Origin: an uncultured Phycisphaerales bacterium
Lineage (GTDB): Bacteria; Planctomycetota; Phycisphaerae; Tepidisphaerales; Tepidisphaeraceae
Direction: 5' to 3'
NCBI GenBank assembly: GCA_963844715.1
Contig: CAWJPJ010000005.1
Coordinates: 128,001 to 192,000, forward strand
Length of the DNA: 64,000 nucleotides
The translations under genes were made by a program, and so were the position numbers. The notes beneath the pieces were generated by a model. That model had not been told where the DNA came from. It did no database searches and was given only the letters and a program-made list of their open reading frames with translations. Below are positions 20,594 to 30,484 of this stretch, in pieces. Each line of letters starts with the position of its first letter. Position 1 is the stretch's first letter.

Positions 20594-22339
20594 TCATCGC
20601 TTGATCCTTTCGGAAGCGTTTCCGTTGTCGCTGGGGAGGATGGTGTCGCCTTTTCTGCTCAGGAGCATTTCGTCGCGAAGATTCTGTATGGTCTTGCTTC
20701 GGTTTTGATCGAACCCGATTTCCCGCATCAAGGTTTCTTTTTCAGCGGCAAACTGCGCCTCGAGGGCGGAAATCTGGGCGTCTAGGGCCCGCTTCTTTTG
20801 GGCCAGTTCGGCCTGCTTGCGGGAGATTTCCTCTTCGCGGCGGCCCTGCTGGGCTTTTTCTTTCGCTTCCTGGGCGAGGCGCGCCGAGCCGGTGAGAACG
20901 CCTTCATCGCCGATATAAACATTGAGCAGATCGATGCCGGTTTCGGAAATGACGAACTCGCGGATCTGGTTGGAATGGGGCATTCCGCGGCTTTTAAGGA
21001 TGTAAATTCCGCGGTTGCGCTCGCCGCCGAGTTCGATGTCGCGCAAGAGAAGCCAGGTGTCGATGACGGAGGAGATTCCCATGTCGGTGGTTTCTTTGGC
21101 GTTATTGCCGGTGGTGAGATTGGTGAAGAGCAAAGTGATTTGGCGGCTCTTGAGAAAATCGACCAGCCGGATGAGCATGGCATGCACGTCGCGCTCGTCG
21201 GCGGCGGAACTGAAATTGCTGATGGGGTCGACGATGACGGTTTGCGGTTTGAACTGCTCGATGCGCTTGTGCATGACGCCCAGATGCATTTCCAGGCCGT
21301 AAAAGCTGGGCCGCGCGGAATAGAAATTGAGGAGGCCCTTTTTTATAAAGGGAGTCAGGTCCAATCCGATGCTCGCCATGTTTCGGACGATCTGGCTGCG
21401 GCTTTCTTCGAATGCGAAATATAAACAACGCTCTCCGGCGCGGCAGGTGGCGGCGGCGAAATGCGCGGCGATGCTGCTTTTGCCGGTGCCGGCGGTTCCG
21501 GTGACCAGGAGGCTGCTGCCGCGATAAAATCCCTCGCCGCCGAGCATGGCGTCGAGGCGGGGAATTCCTGAGGAAACGCGCTGGCTGCTGGCCTGATGAT
21601 CGAGGCCGACGGAGGTGACGGGCAGGACGGAAATGCCGTCTTCATCGATGAGAAAGGGATATTCGTTGGTGCCATGGGTCGAGCCGCGATATTTCACGAC
21701 CCGCAGGCGCCGCGTGGAGACTTGATTGTGCGAACGATGATCGAGCAGAATGACGCAATCGGAGACGTATTCTTCCAGCCCCTGGCGGGTGAGCTTGCCC
21801 TCGCCGCGCTCGCCGGTGATGACGGTTGTCATTCCGCGCTCTTTGAGCCAGTAAAACAGGCGGCGTATTTCCGATCGAAGGATCGCCTGGTTTGACAAAC
21901 CGGCGAAGAGGCTCTCGACGGTATCGAGCATGACCCGCTTGGCGCCGATTTGATCGATCGCATAGCCGAGGCGGATGAATAATCCCTCGAGGTCGTATTC
22001 GCCGTTCTCGTCGATCTCCTGGCGCTCGACGCGGACATGATCGACGGCAAGTTTTTTGCGGCGGATGAGGTCCTCGATGTCAAAGCCCAGGGAGGCGACG
22101 TTGGTTCGGATGTCCTCGCGGGTTTCCTCGAAGGTCATCAGTACCCCGGGCTCGTTATATTGAGTGGCGCCGCGGACGAGAAATTCGATTCCCATGAGGG
22201 ATTTGCCGCAGCCGGGGCCGCCGCAGATCAGGGTGGGCCTGCCGCGAGGGAGTCCGCCGTGGGTGAGTTCGTCCAGACCGGAAATGCCGGATGGGGCCTT
22301 GTCCAGCCCGCGCAGCTTTCGATTGGATGTCTTGGCCAT
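20594..22339 (-). CDS. kaiC: Double-domain circadian clock ATPase KaiC (KaiC2-like)
   Basis: Two Walker A motifs (GGPGCGKS, GTAGTGKS), TFEE/AFEE, EEYVSDCVI, KYRGSTH, GISSVIDT, KSRGMPHSNQIREF; C-terminal coiled coil. Confidence 0.96.
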   Translation of the reverse strand: MAKTSNRKLRGLDKAPSGISGLDELTHGGLPRGRPTLICGGPGCGKSLMGIEFLVRGATQYNEPGVLMTFEETREDIRTNVASLGFDIEDLIRRKKLAVDHVRVERQEIDENGEYDLEGLFIRLGYAIDQIGAKRVMLDTVESLFAGLSNQAILRSEIRRLFYWLKERGMTTVITGERGEGKLTRQGLEEYVSDCVILLDHRSHNQVSTRRLRVVKYRGSTHGTNEYPFLIDEDGISVLPVTSVGLDHQASSQRVSSGIPRLDAMLGGEGFYRGSSLLVTGTAGTGKSSIAAHFAAATCRAGERCLYFAFEESRSQIVRNMASIGLDLTPFIKKGLLNFYSARPSFYGLEMHLGVMHKRIEQFKPQTVIVDPISNFSSAADERDVHAMLIRLVDFLKSRQITLLFTNLTTGNNAKETTDMGISSVIDTWLLLRDIELGGERNRGIYILKSRGMPHSNQIREFVISETGIDLLNVYIGDEGVLTGSARLAQEAKEKAQQGRREEEISRKQAELAQKKRALDAQISALEAQFAAEKETLMREIGFDQNRSKTIQNLRDEMLLSRKGDTILPSDNGNASERIKR

Positions 22340-22578
22340 TGCTCCTCTGCCATGTGCTTGCGATTTCGACGCCCGGAACGAGCGGTCTCGTCCGTGGATA
22401 TTATCCGAAGGGCGTGGCTTATGGGTACGGGGAAATTTTTGAGCGAGCCGGAGTGTTGCGGATCGATTTTTGCGAGCTGGACGGAACGGCGTGGTGCGGA
22501 AGGAACGGGGCGGCGCGGTTGCGCCGTTCGTCGCCGACAAATGGGGGTTCCTTGGGATTGGGCGAAATCGGGGACGAG

Positions 22579-23643
22579 TTAATTCGTCAAAAAGCTGCGG
22601 GTTTTGAGCCATTGGGCGGCGAGTTTTGGCCAAGTGCTCAGCTCCGGGTCATCGCCGCCGAGGGCGAAGGCGTGTTTGCCGTGGTCGAAGATGTGGAGTT
22701 CGAATGGGACGCCGGCGGATTGGAGAGCTTGGGCGAACATCAGGCTGTTCTCAACCGGCGCGGTGTGATCATCCGTCGCGTGGACCAGGAAACAGGGGGG
22801 AGTATCGGAAGTCACATGTAACTCGTTGCTGGTTTCTTGTTCGAGATCGGGGTCGGGGTTGTCGCCTAGCAATTCCTGGCGGGAAATGTTGTGCGTGTAG
22901 GCGTCTAGCATGGTGATGACGGGGTAGACGAGGATGGTCAGGTCGGGGCGCGAGGATTGGCGATCGATCGGGTCCCAGGCGGCGGGGTCGCCGGGGTCGA
23001 AATGGGTGGAGACGAGGGCGGCCAGGTGTCCGCCGGCGGAGAAGCCGATGATGCCGATGTGATTCGGATTCAAGTGGAAGTCGCTGGCGCGAAAGCGGAT
23101 CAGGCGGAGGGCGCGCTGGACGTCCTGGAGTTGGACGGGGTAGTGATATTTTGGGCCGAGGCGATATTTGAGGATGAAGGCGGAGATGCCGAGAGAGTTG
23201 AGCCAACGGGCGACGGGTTCGCCTTCGCGGAGGCCGTAGTGGTTATAGGCGCCGCCCTGGCAGATGATGATGGCGGAATCGGTAGCGCGGTCGGGGGCCG
23301 GGAGGTAGGGGAGGAGTTTGGGGATGTCGGCGTCGGCGTCGCCGAAGGAGTTTGGGGCGGCGGTGGTCCATAAGGGGATGGGAGCGCCGGCGGTGGAAGA
23401 AGGTTCTGTTGTGGGCTGAGTGGCGGCCTGGGTGGTGGGCATCGTGGATTGGGCGCGGGCCGATTCGACGATCAAGCAGAGCGCCGTCAACAGAATGATC
23501 GCCGCGCTGCGCTTCGTCGCGGTGAGACGATGTCGGGAGTGGGCGAGCGGTTCTGCCTTTGAAGGATTGCCCCTCACCCTTGCCCTCTCCCCGGAGTACC
23601 GGGGAGAGGGGATAAGAGTGTCGGTGCTGGGTTTCGTATTCAT
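22579..23643 (-). CDS. Secreted alpha/beta hydrolase (acetyl esterase-like)
   Basis: QGGAY oxyanion motif, GFSAGGHLA nucleophile, DDHTAP, GKHAF; hydrophobic signal segment. Confidence 0.88.
   Translation of the reverse strand: MNTKPSTDTLIPSPRYSGERARVRGNPSKAEPLAHSRHRLTATKRSAAIILLTALCLIVESARAQSTMPTTQAATQPTTEPSSTAGAPIPLWTTAAPNSFGDADADIPKLLPYLPAPDRATDSAIIICQGGAYNHYGLREGEPVARWLNSLGISAFILKYRLGPKYHYPVQLQDVQRALRLIRFRASDFHLNPNHIGIIGFSAGGHLAALVSTHFDPGDPAAWDPIDRQSSRPDLTILVYPVITMLDAYTHNISRQELLGDNPDPDLEQETSNELHVTSDTPPCFLVHATDDHTAPVENSLMFAQALQSAGVPFELHIFDHGKHAFALGGDDPELSTWPKLAAQWLKTRSFLTN
23569..23615 (+). repeat. REP-like palindrome, copy 2 (inside the 5' end of the hydrolase ORF)
   Basis: GCCCCTCACCCTTGCCCTCTCCCCGGAGTACCGGGGAGAGGGGATAA. 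Confidence 0.85.
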
Positions 23644-24758
23644 TTCAGGTTTTCGGGGTTGAGGGGTTTTAGGGTCGGGAGCGTGAAGCGGCCGTTTTTT
23701 CTGATGAGGGTTTTGTCGAACCAGATTTCTCCGCCGCCGGCTTCTGGGGTTTGACGCATGACCAGGTCCCAGTGGATGGCGCTTTTATTTCCGTTGCTGG
23801 CTTCGTCGTAGCAGGCGCCGGGGGTGAAGTGGATGCTGCCGGCGATTTTTTCGTCGAAGAGGATGTCTTTCATGGGTTTGATGCAATACGGATTGAAGCC
23901 GATGGCGAATTCGCCGACGTATCTTGCTCCGGGGTCGGTGTTGAGGACTTCGTTGAGTTTGTCGGTGTCGGTGCTGATGGCGCGGATGATTTTGCCATTT
24001 TTGAATTCGAGTTTGACGTCGTTGTGGGTGGTGCCGCGGTAGATGGTGGGGCAGTTGAAGCGGATGACGCCGTTGACCGATTCGCGCACGGGGGCGGTGA
24101 AGACTTCGCCGTCGGGAATGTTCACTTTTCCGTCGCAGCAGATGGCGGGGATATTTTTGATGCTGAAAGTGAGGTCGGTTTCGCCGGGGCCTTTAAGGCG
24201 GACTTTGTCGGTTTTTTCCATGAGCTTTTTGAGCGGCTGCATGGCCCGGCTCATTTTGGCATAGTCGAGCGTGCAGACGTTGAAATAGAAATCCTCGAAC
24301 GCTTCAGTGCTCATCTCGGCCATCTGGGCCATCGACGGATGCGGCCAGCGGAGGACGCACCAGCGGGTTTTGGTGATGCGGACGTCGCGGTGGACTTTTT
24401 TCCAGACGGTGGATTCGTAGAGTTTCTGCTTGTCGGCGGGGACGTCGGAAAGTTCGGAGACGTTGGCGTTGCCTCGGGCGCCGATGTAGCAGTCGACGCT
24501 TTTCATTTGCAGGCGTTCGATCTTCGCGATGAGTTCCCACTGCTTTTTCGAGCCGTGGAGCATGAGGGCGCGATTGATCTGGTTGTTCTTGAGCATCACC
24601 AGGGGATTGCCGCCGGCTTCGGTGGCATGACGGATAAGAGCGGCGGAGAATTCATTGGGGACGTCGATGGCCTCGATGAGAATGTTCTCGCCTTTTTTTA
24701 CGGAGCAGGAATAGCGGATAAGCATTTTGGCTAGTTTGTCGATGCGGGGGTCTAGCAT
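23640..24758 (-). CDS. Aminopeptidase, M29 family
   Basis: MLDPRIDKLA, NIPDGEVFTAP, GEFAIG, LFDEKIAGSIH, SAIHWD. Confidence 0.92.
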   Translation of the reverse strand: MLDPRIDKLAKMLIRYSCSVKKGENILIEAIDVPNEFSAALIRHATEAGGNPLVMLKNNQINRALMLHGSKKQWELIAKIERLQMKSVDCYIGARGNANVSELSDVPADKQKLYESTVWKKVHRDVRITKTRWCVLRWPHPSMAQMAEMSTEAFEDFYFNVCTLDYAKMSRAMQPLKKLMEKTDKVRLKGPGETDLTFSIKNIPAICCDGKVNIPDGEVFTAPVRESVNGVIRFNCPTIYRGTTHNDVKLEFKNGKIIRAISTDTDKLNEVLNTDPGARYVGEFAIGFNPYCIKPMKDILFDEKIAGSIHFTPGACYDEASNGNKSAIHWDLVMRQTPEAGGGEIWFDKTLIRKNGRFTLPTLKPLNPENLK

Positions 24759-25039
24759 TTGAGTGAATGGCCTCCAAGAAAAGAATATGAATAAGGGTGA
24801 TCTTATACCGGATATTGGGAGTGGGATTAAGAGTATGCGGATTAAGAATTGGGTCGGGGGAGTTGGTGGTGCCGAGGAGATTCGCTGGCTCGAATATGAA
24901 TGGGCGTGGGCGATGTGGGGGCGATTGGCTGGCCTGATGGGGAAGGGGTGGGCTGTTTCGCGAGGGAGCCAAGGAGTCTCCGCCTTTGGCGGCAGATGTA
25001 TAAGGAATTTCGAGCTTCGCGCTCGACCTCAACCGTCCT

Positions 25040-25707
25040 AAGACACGGCCGCTTACCCGAACGATCCCAACCGCAATCCGTGCAAAGAAATCTCCCCGTT
25101 CGATGAGAATAAGGACCGTCGCCGCGTTCGCCGGGCGTTGACAGACAGCGAATTAGCCTTGTTATTTCAGGCAAATTCGAGCCGTCGCCTTTATTACATG
25201 TTCGCTTTCTACACTGGTTTGCGAGTCCGTTCATGTAAGGCGGCATTGTGGAACCATGTCGATTTTGACCATGCCACGATTACCGTTCCAGCCGCCAACA
25301 TCAAAGGCGGGCGTGAGCTAGTCCTTCCAATTCATCCCGTGCTGTTGGCTGAATTGAAAGCCGCCAAGCCGCCCTTTGCCGCCGCGACGGATTCAATCTT
25401 CCCCGTGGTCCCCAACGTCCTCACGTTCCACCGCGATTGCTACAAGGCTGGAATTGCCCGCTACGATTCAGCCGGGCGGCAGATAGACCGCCACGCACTA
25501 CGTACCACGTTCGGCACTGCCCTGGCCCTGGCAGGCGTTACACCGCAATTTGCGGCTCGATTGCTTGACCATCGGGATATCAATACCACCTTGAAGCATT
25601 ACACGGCGTTGACGCTGGCAGACAACGCCACTGCACTCTGCAAGATCAATGCACCGACAGCCGCCGGGCAAACAAATGGTCCCATCCCGACGACCAAATC
25701 AGCCTAG
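25040..25707 (+). pseudogene. Tyrosine integrase, C-terminal remnant
   Basis: NPC...DRRRVRRALT, YTGLR, DRHALRTTFGT, LLDHRDINTTLKHYT (R-HxxR-H-Y); no N-terminal domain or clear start. Confidence 0.8.
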
Positions 25708-25799
25708 ATATTGCCGCCTTGAAACGATGGACGCCGGATGGACAGACTTGTTTCCCATCGTGTCCTCAGTTGTCCTCAATTGTCACCATGAAAATCTAA

Positions 25800-26693
25800 G
25801 AGCCTCTAACAAAAATGCACTTCCCCATGTTTATGGTTGATCGGACAATACGGCTTGGTCTTAGCCATGGAGGGCTTTATGACCAAGCCGTTGGTGACCG
25901 ACGAGCTTTGGGAGTTGATCCGACCCCTGCTTCCCAAGCACCGCAGTGGTCCAGGAAAGCGCGGCCGGCCGCCGCTGGACGATCGCGCGGCGTTGTCGGG
26001 TATTCTGTTCGTGCTCAAAACCGGCATTCCGTGGGAATACCTTCCCCAGGAGATGGGATGCGGCAGCGGCATGAGTTGCTGGCGTCGACTGCGCGATTGG
26101 AACCATCGTGGGGTTTGGACGAAGCTGCACGGACTATTGCTGAATCGATTGCGGCGGTCGAATGCCATCGACTGGTCGCGGGCCTTGGTGGATTCTGCTT
26201 CCGTGCGGGCCGTGCACGGGGGAAAAAAACGGGTCCGAGCCCGGTAGATCGCAGGAAAAACGGTTCCAAGCACCATGTATTGACCGATGGCAACGGCACG
26301 CCGATGGTTGCCCTCCTGACGGCGGCCAACCGCCACGACATCACGCAACTGCTGCCGCTGATCGATGCGATTCCAAAGGTCTCGGGCAAACCGGGCCGGC
26401 CGCGCTGGCGGTTCGAGGTGGTGCAGGGAGACCGGGCGTATCACTCCGAACCGCACCGAAAGGCGTTGCGTCAGCGTGGCAGCCGCCCGTTGCTGGCCCG
26501 ACGCAACCGCCCGCACGGAAGTGGTCTTGGCAAAACCCGCTGGCCGGTGGAGCGTACGCTGAGTTGGTTGCATCAGAATCGCCGACTGCGAGTCCGTTAC
26601 GAAAAACGGCCCGACATCCACGCCGCGTTCATGACCGTGGGTGAGGCAATGATCTGTTGGAACAGGCTTCATTCGCATTTTTGTTAGAGGCTC
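25800..26693 (+). mobile_element. IS5-family element (894 bp, two-ORF type), copy 1
   Basis: TIRs GAGCCTCTAACAAAAATGC / GCATTTTTGTTAGAGGCTC, TAA duplications at 25797-99 and 26694-96. Confidence 0.95.
25879..26687 (+). CDS. IS5 transposase expressed via -1 frameshift at GGGGGAAAAAAA (~26218-26229)
   Basis: orfA TDELWELIRPLLP...KTGIPWEYLP...VDSASVRA; orfB GSKHHVLTDGNG...GDRAY...RWPVERT. Confidence 0.9.
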
Positions 26694-26744
26694 TAAGCTA
26701 CGTCACGGCCAATCCGACACTTGCGGCACAGAAACCGCAACAGA

Positions 26745-26773
26745 TTGCGAAAATCGCCGATCCGCATTATCAT
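26745..26773 (+). promoter_or_regulatory. Putative tRNA promoter
   Basis: TTGCGA-17nt-TATCAT, 11 nt upstream of the tRNA. Confidence 0.55.
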
Positions 26774-26784
26774 TCGGAAAACGC

Positions 26785-26858
26785 GGGCGATTAGCTCAGT
26801 TGGCCAGAGCGCACGGATCACACCCGTGAGGTCACAGGTTCGAGCCCTGTATCGCCCA
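26785..26858 (+). tRNA. tRNA-Val (anticodon CAC), CCA not encoded
   Basis: Acceptor GGGCGAT/ATCGCCC, D arm AGCTCAGTTGGCCAGAGC, anticodon stem CACGG/CCGTG with loop ATCACAC, T arm GGTTCGAGCC. Confidence 0.95.
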
Positions 26859-26909
26859 TGCAACGCAAATCTCGCGAAATGTGTGAGATATCTGCCTACG
26901 CTGCGCCAG

Positions 26910-28139
26910 TTACGCGAAATCGATTTGCATCATGCTGCAATCATCGGTCAGAAGTTGGCCGTCTCGCTGGCGGCGGGCTCGGTTCAGCGATTGATCCAGC
27001 AGGTCCCCGGCGTGGGATTTTGCGGTTACGAATTTTGTGAAGGCGGCCTGATCGAGGAGTTCGTCACTTGCTTTTGCGCCCTCTACGACGCCGTCACTAT
27101 ATAGAAGGAGTCGGCCGAAGGTCGGAATCTGGATTGTGGTGTTCGTGAAATGGGGTTCCTCGGCGATTCCGATGGGGGGGCCTGATGAGTGGAGTTCCAG
27201 GAGCTTGGCGTTGGAGGATGCGAGGCCCGCGATCAGCAGGGCCGGGGGATGGCCGGCGGCGCTGAAGGTTAGATTTCGGTCGCCGGTGGCGTAGACGCCA
27301 TACCAGATTGTAAAGAATCGGCCTCCATGTTTGTCGAAGCTGAACACGTGGTTCAAGCCGCGCATGACGGCGGCGGGGTCGCGGAAATCGGTTTGGGGAA
27401 GGGTTTGGTGGGACAGAGTGTTCAGCACGCTTACCGCGAGCAGGGCGGCGCCGACGCCGTGGCCGCTGATATCCATGAGGTAGAACGCGACATGCTGCGC
27501 ATCGAGCCATTGATATCCGAAGGCGTCGCCGCCTAATTGAGTCGAGGGGACGAAGCGCCAGTCGATTCGAATCGGTCCTTCTTTGACTGGGGCGGGTAGG
27601 AGTGATTCGACGTACGCTGCCGCTTGAATAATTTCAGCGGCCATTTGGCGCTCGCTTTGGGCTAAGTGTCCGTAGGCCTCGTTTCGTTCGACTTGCGCGA
27701 TGTACCCGCGCGAATGGTGACGAATGCGGGCGATGAGTTCGACCCGGTCGGGGAGCTTTACGAGGTAGTCATTGGCGCCGAGGGCAAAGGCTTGCGCCTT
27801 AATGAGGGGTTCCTCTTTTGCGGAAAGGACAATCATGGGGATGTCGCGCGTCCTTGGATTGGCGCGAAACTGTTTGAGCAAGGAAAGGCCGTCGATGCCG
27901 GGCATCGATAAATCCTGAAGGATGACGGTTGGCGCCAGGATTTCCGCCAGGGCGACGGCCTCCAATGGTTCGCGGCAAAAATGGAACTGGATGTCAGTCT
28001 CAGACCCAAGCATGGTCTCGATTGCCCGGCCCAGGATGGGCTGGTCATCCACGAGGAGCACGGCGATGGGGTGATTGACGCCGAGCGGCGCGATCGCATC
28101 CGCCCGCGCCGTCGTGTTTTCCCAATCGATTAAGTGCAT
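26910..28139 (-). CDS. Receiver + PP2C/SpoIIE phosphatase (RsbU-like)
   Basis: VLLVDD...LQDLSMP...GANDYLVK; LGGDAF, MDISGHG, AGHPP, LYSDG, DDCS. Confidence 0.92.
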   Translation of the reverse strand: MHLIDWENTTARADAIAPLGVNHPIAVLLVDDQPILGRAIETMLGSETDIQFHFCREPLEAVALAEILAPTVILQDLSMPGIDGLSLLKQFRANPRTRDIPMIVLSAKEEPLIKAQAFALGANDYLVKLPDRVELIARIRHHSRGYIAQVERNEAYGHLAQSERQMAAEIIQAAAYVESLLPAPVKEGPIRIDWRFVPSTQLGGDAFGYQWLDAQHVAFYLMDISGHGVGAALLAVSVLNTLSHQTLPQTDFRDPAAVMRGLNHVFSFDKHGGRFFTIWYGVYATGDRNLTFSAAGHPPALLIAGLASSNAKLLELHSSGPPIGIAEEPHFTNTTIQIPTFGRLLLYSDGVVEGAKASDELLDQAAFTKFVTAKSHAGDLLDQSLNRARRQRDGQLLTDDCSMMQIDFA

Positions 28140-28159
28140 TGTTTGTGGAGGGATTAACC

Positions 28160-30052
28160 CTAGTCGGCGTGAATAATGCTGTTTAAATTATCCGCCAGGC
28201 GCGACAGCGCGAAGCAGGAGGGGAGGAGTTTGTGTTTGCGGCCGGCCAAAAGTTCCGGCTCCAACTTGAGATTGGCCAGCGGCGAAATGATGACCAGAGG
28301 AAGGGGACCCGCTCCGGCTTCGTTCTCGCGCTTTTTCAGGGTGTCGAAAAATGATGGCACCTCTTTCATGCTGGCCAGTTGCATGAAGGCGACGTTGGGC
28401 GGGCGATTGTCTGCCGGGTCTTTGAGCCGCTCGAGAAGGATTCGATACCCGTCTATTTCGGGGGAGGAACTGATATACAGCGGGCGAACCGGCGGGTTGA
28501 ATTTTTTCAAGGCGAGCAGGCGATATTCGGGACAGGCCTCGCATTCCTCGGACTGGAGCATCGCGTCCTTCATGTCCTGGGTCTGCTTGGGAATATTCTG
28601 CTCGATGAACTTTATCGCATCGGGCTTGAGTTCGAGAACGCGAGCGAATTCGTGGGTGGAGTATTGGCAATCGTTGCCGCTAAATCCAAGAAGTAACGCA
28701 TGGGCGAGTCGATCGGCCAGGGCCAGCGTGCAGGCCTCGGGGACCATGCCGGGCGAGAGTTTGGCGATCTTTTCGGCTGAAAGATGGTGCATGGCGATCG
28801 GCTCGATCAAAGACTTGGGGAATTTCCAGGCAATGAGAAGCCGATCCACCACATCCACGTGATTGACCTGCAACATGCGCGATTCCACCTGCTCCAGGGG
28901 GAATTGCAGGCGCGTGGCGGTGTCGATCACTCGCTTGTAGAGATCGTCGAGCTGTTGGACGAACACCATTCGGGCGACGTCGTGCAGGAGGCCCATCGTG
29001 AACGCGAGGTCTATCGCGTGCTGGCCGCTGCGACGGGATCGGGCGATTGCGGCGGCGATCAGGCCGGTGGCGATGGAATGCTCCCAGAACAATTCACTGT
29101 TGAAATTCTGACCCAGCCCGGAGAGATGGAAATTGTCGATCAGGGAGATATTGAGCACCATCTGCCGAATTTGTGAGAGCCCGATCCGCGCCAGCGCCTT
29201 TTGCACGGAGTCCACCGCGCCCAGGCGGCCGTAGACGACGGAATTGGCCATCTTCAGGACCTTAAGGACGATCGCTTGATCGCGCTTGATGACCTCGGCG
29301 ATTTGCTCAAGCGAGAAATTCGATTCGTCCGTCATTTTCAGAAGCTGGGCCGCGGTCGGCGAGAGCGCTTTTAATTCTGCGCATCGATCGACTTGCGCAA
29401 GAGTCTGGGCGCGGGTAATGATCGGCTTCAACGAACTGAGCAAATCGATCGGCGGGGGTTCCGTTTCCGGGCGATCCACGACGTTGGTTTTCCTATCGGC
29501 GTTGAAGCGGGCGTCGGTTGCTCGGGGTTTGGATGGCCGGGGCGCATCGACGCCGCGCGTATCCGCAGAGCGAGACTGGACAACCGTGGGATTCGCGGAT
29601 GACGGGGACTGGGCGTGTTGTGTGTGTCCCGGCAAGTATGCTTGAACAGCCGCCGGCAGCGGCGAGGCATTCCCCAACAATTGCTCGATGCGCGCCATCA
29701 GGCATTTTCGCGAGAACTGATGCTTGATCAGATAGCCCTGGACCCCCATTTGTGCGCACTGGAGAACGGTGTGGCGGTCCGAACGTCCGGTCAAAAGGAT
29801 GACAGGGAGTTCTTTCCCGCCGGGGCGGCCGCGCAGGGACATCAACAGATCAAGCCCGTTTTCGGTTCCCAGGCCGATGTCGAGGAGGAGAAGGTCCACG
29901 TGTCCGGAGATGATGCGCGCCAGCGCGTCGTGGGCCGTCCCGACCGCGACGGTTTCATAGCCGTGGTATTCCAGGGCCAGGGACAATAGCTCACGCACCG
30001 TGACATCGTCCTCGGCGATTAGGATCGTTGCGGTCATCGTTGCGTTAGTCAT
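28160..30052 (-). CDS. Receiver + HDOD domain protein
   Basis: ILIAEDD REC; KVLKMANS, FWEHSIAT, GLLHDVAR, WKFP...IAMHH. Confidence 0.9.
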   Translation of the reverse strand: MTNATMTATILIAEDDVTVRELLSLALEYHGYETVAVGTAHDALARIISGHVDLLLLDIGLGTENGLDLLMSLRGRPGGKELPVILLTGRSDRHTVLQCAQMGVQGYLIKHQFSRKCLMARIEQLLGNASPLPAAVQAYLPGHTQHAQSPSSANPTVVQSRSADTRGVDAPRPSKPRATDARFNADRKTNVVDRPETEPPPIDLLSSLKPIITRAQTLAQVDRCAELKALSPTAAQLLKMTDESNFSLEQIAEVIKRDQAIVLKVLKMANSVVYGRLGAVDSVQKALARIGLSQIRQMVLNISLIDNFHLSGLGQNFNSELFWEHSIATGLIAAAIARSRRSGQHAIDLAFTMGLLHDVARMVFVQQLDDLYKRVIDTATRLQFPLEQVESRMLQVNHVDVVDRLLIAWKFPKSLIEPIAMHHLSAEKIAKLSPGMVPEACTLALADRLAHALLLGFSGNDCQYSTHEFARVLELKPDAIKFIEQNIPKQTQDMKDAMLQSEECEACPEYRLLALKKFNPPVRPLYISSSPEIDGYRILLERLKDPADNRPPNVAFMQLASMKEVPSFFDTLKKRENEAGAGPLPLVIISPLANLKLEPELLAGRKHKLLPSCFALSRLADNLNSIIHAD

Positions 30053-30067
30053 TGCTCTGACCCCCTA

Positions 30068-30484
30068 TCAACCGAAATTCAGTCGCGCCTCCGGATCGAT
30101 CATCCCCGCCAGGAGGGCTCGCACGCTTGCGACGAGCGCCTGGATGGCGAATGGCTTATGGAACACCGTTACGTTTCGATATCTCGCAATCAGGGGACCA
30201 TACTCGACCGCGTGCCCGGTGAGGACGACGATGGGTATTTCGCTCTGGTTGCGGACCATGCCGACCATGCCGATGCCGTCGATGCCGGGCATGGCGAGGT
30301 CGGTGATGACGAGTTTGAATTCCCCGGTCTCGAAGTGGAGCATCGCCTCGCTGGTATTTTCGCAGGCGGTGCAGCAGCATCCAAGCTGGGAGAGCCGCAT
30401 GGTCAGGACTTCCCTGACATGACGGTCGTCATCCACAACGAGGACGTTTGCCGATCCGGGAATTATCTCGCTGTTAAGATTCAT
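30068..30484 (-). CDS. Single-domain response regulator
   Basis: VLVVDDD, ITDLAMP, LTG, HKPF. Confidence 0.88.
   Translation of the reverse strand: MNLNSEIIPGSANVLVVDDDRHVREVLTMRLSQLGCCCTACENTSEAMLHFETGEFKLVITDLAMPGIDGIGMVGMVRNQSEIPIVVLTGHAVEYGPLIARYRNVTVFHKPFAIQALVASVRALLAGMIDPEARLNFG

Noticed and set aside
22340..22633. 98-aa N-terminal extension of KaiC in the ORF track
   Set aside because: Overlaps the upstream gene and looks non-coding; an AGAGGAG RBS precedes ATG 22339.
24919..24930. GGGCGATTGGCT as an att duplicate of the tRNA 5' end
   Set aside because: Only 11/12 match in G-rich sequence; compatible with chance.
26816..26826. Purine at tRNA position 32 as a sign of recoding
   Set aside because: Arms and Val-type acceptor are otherwise normal; there is no evidence for altered decoding.
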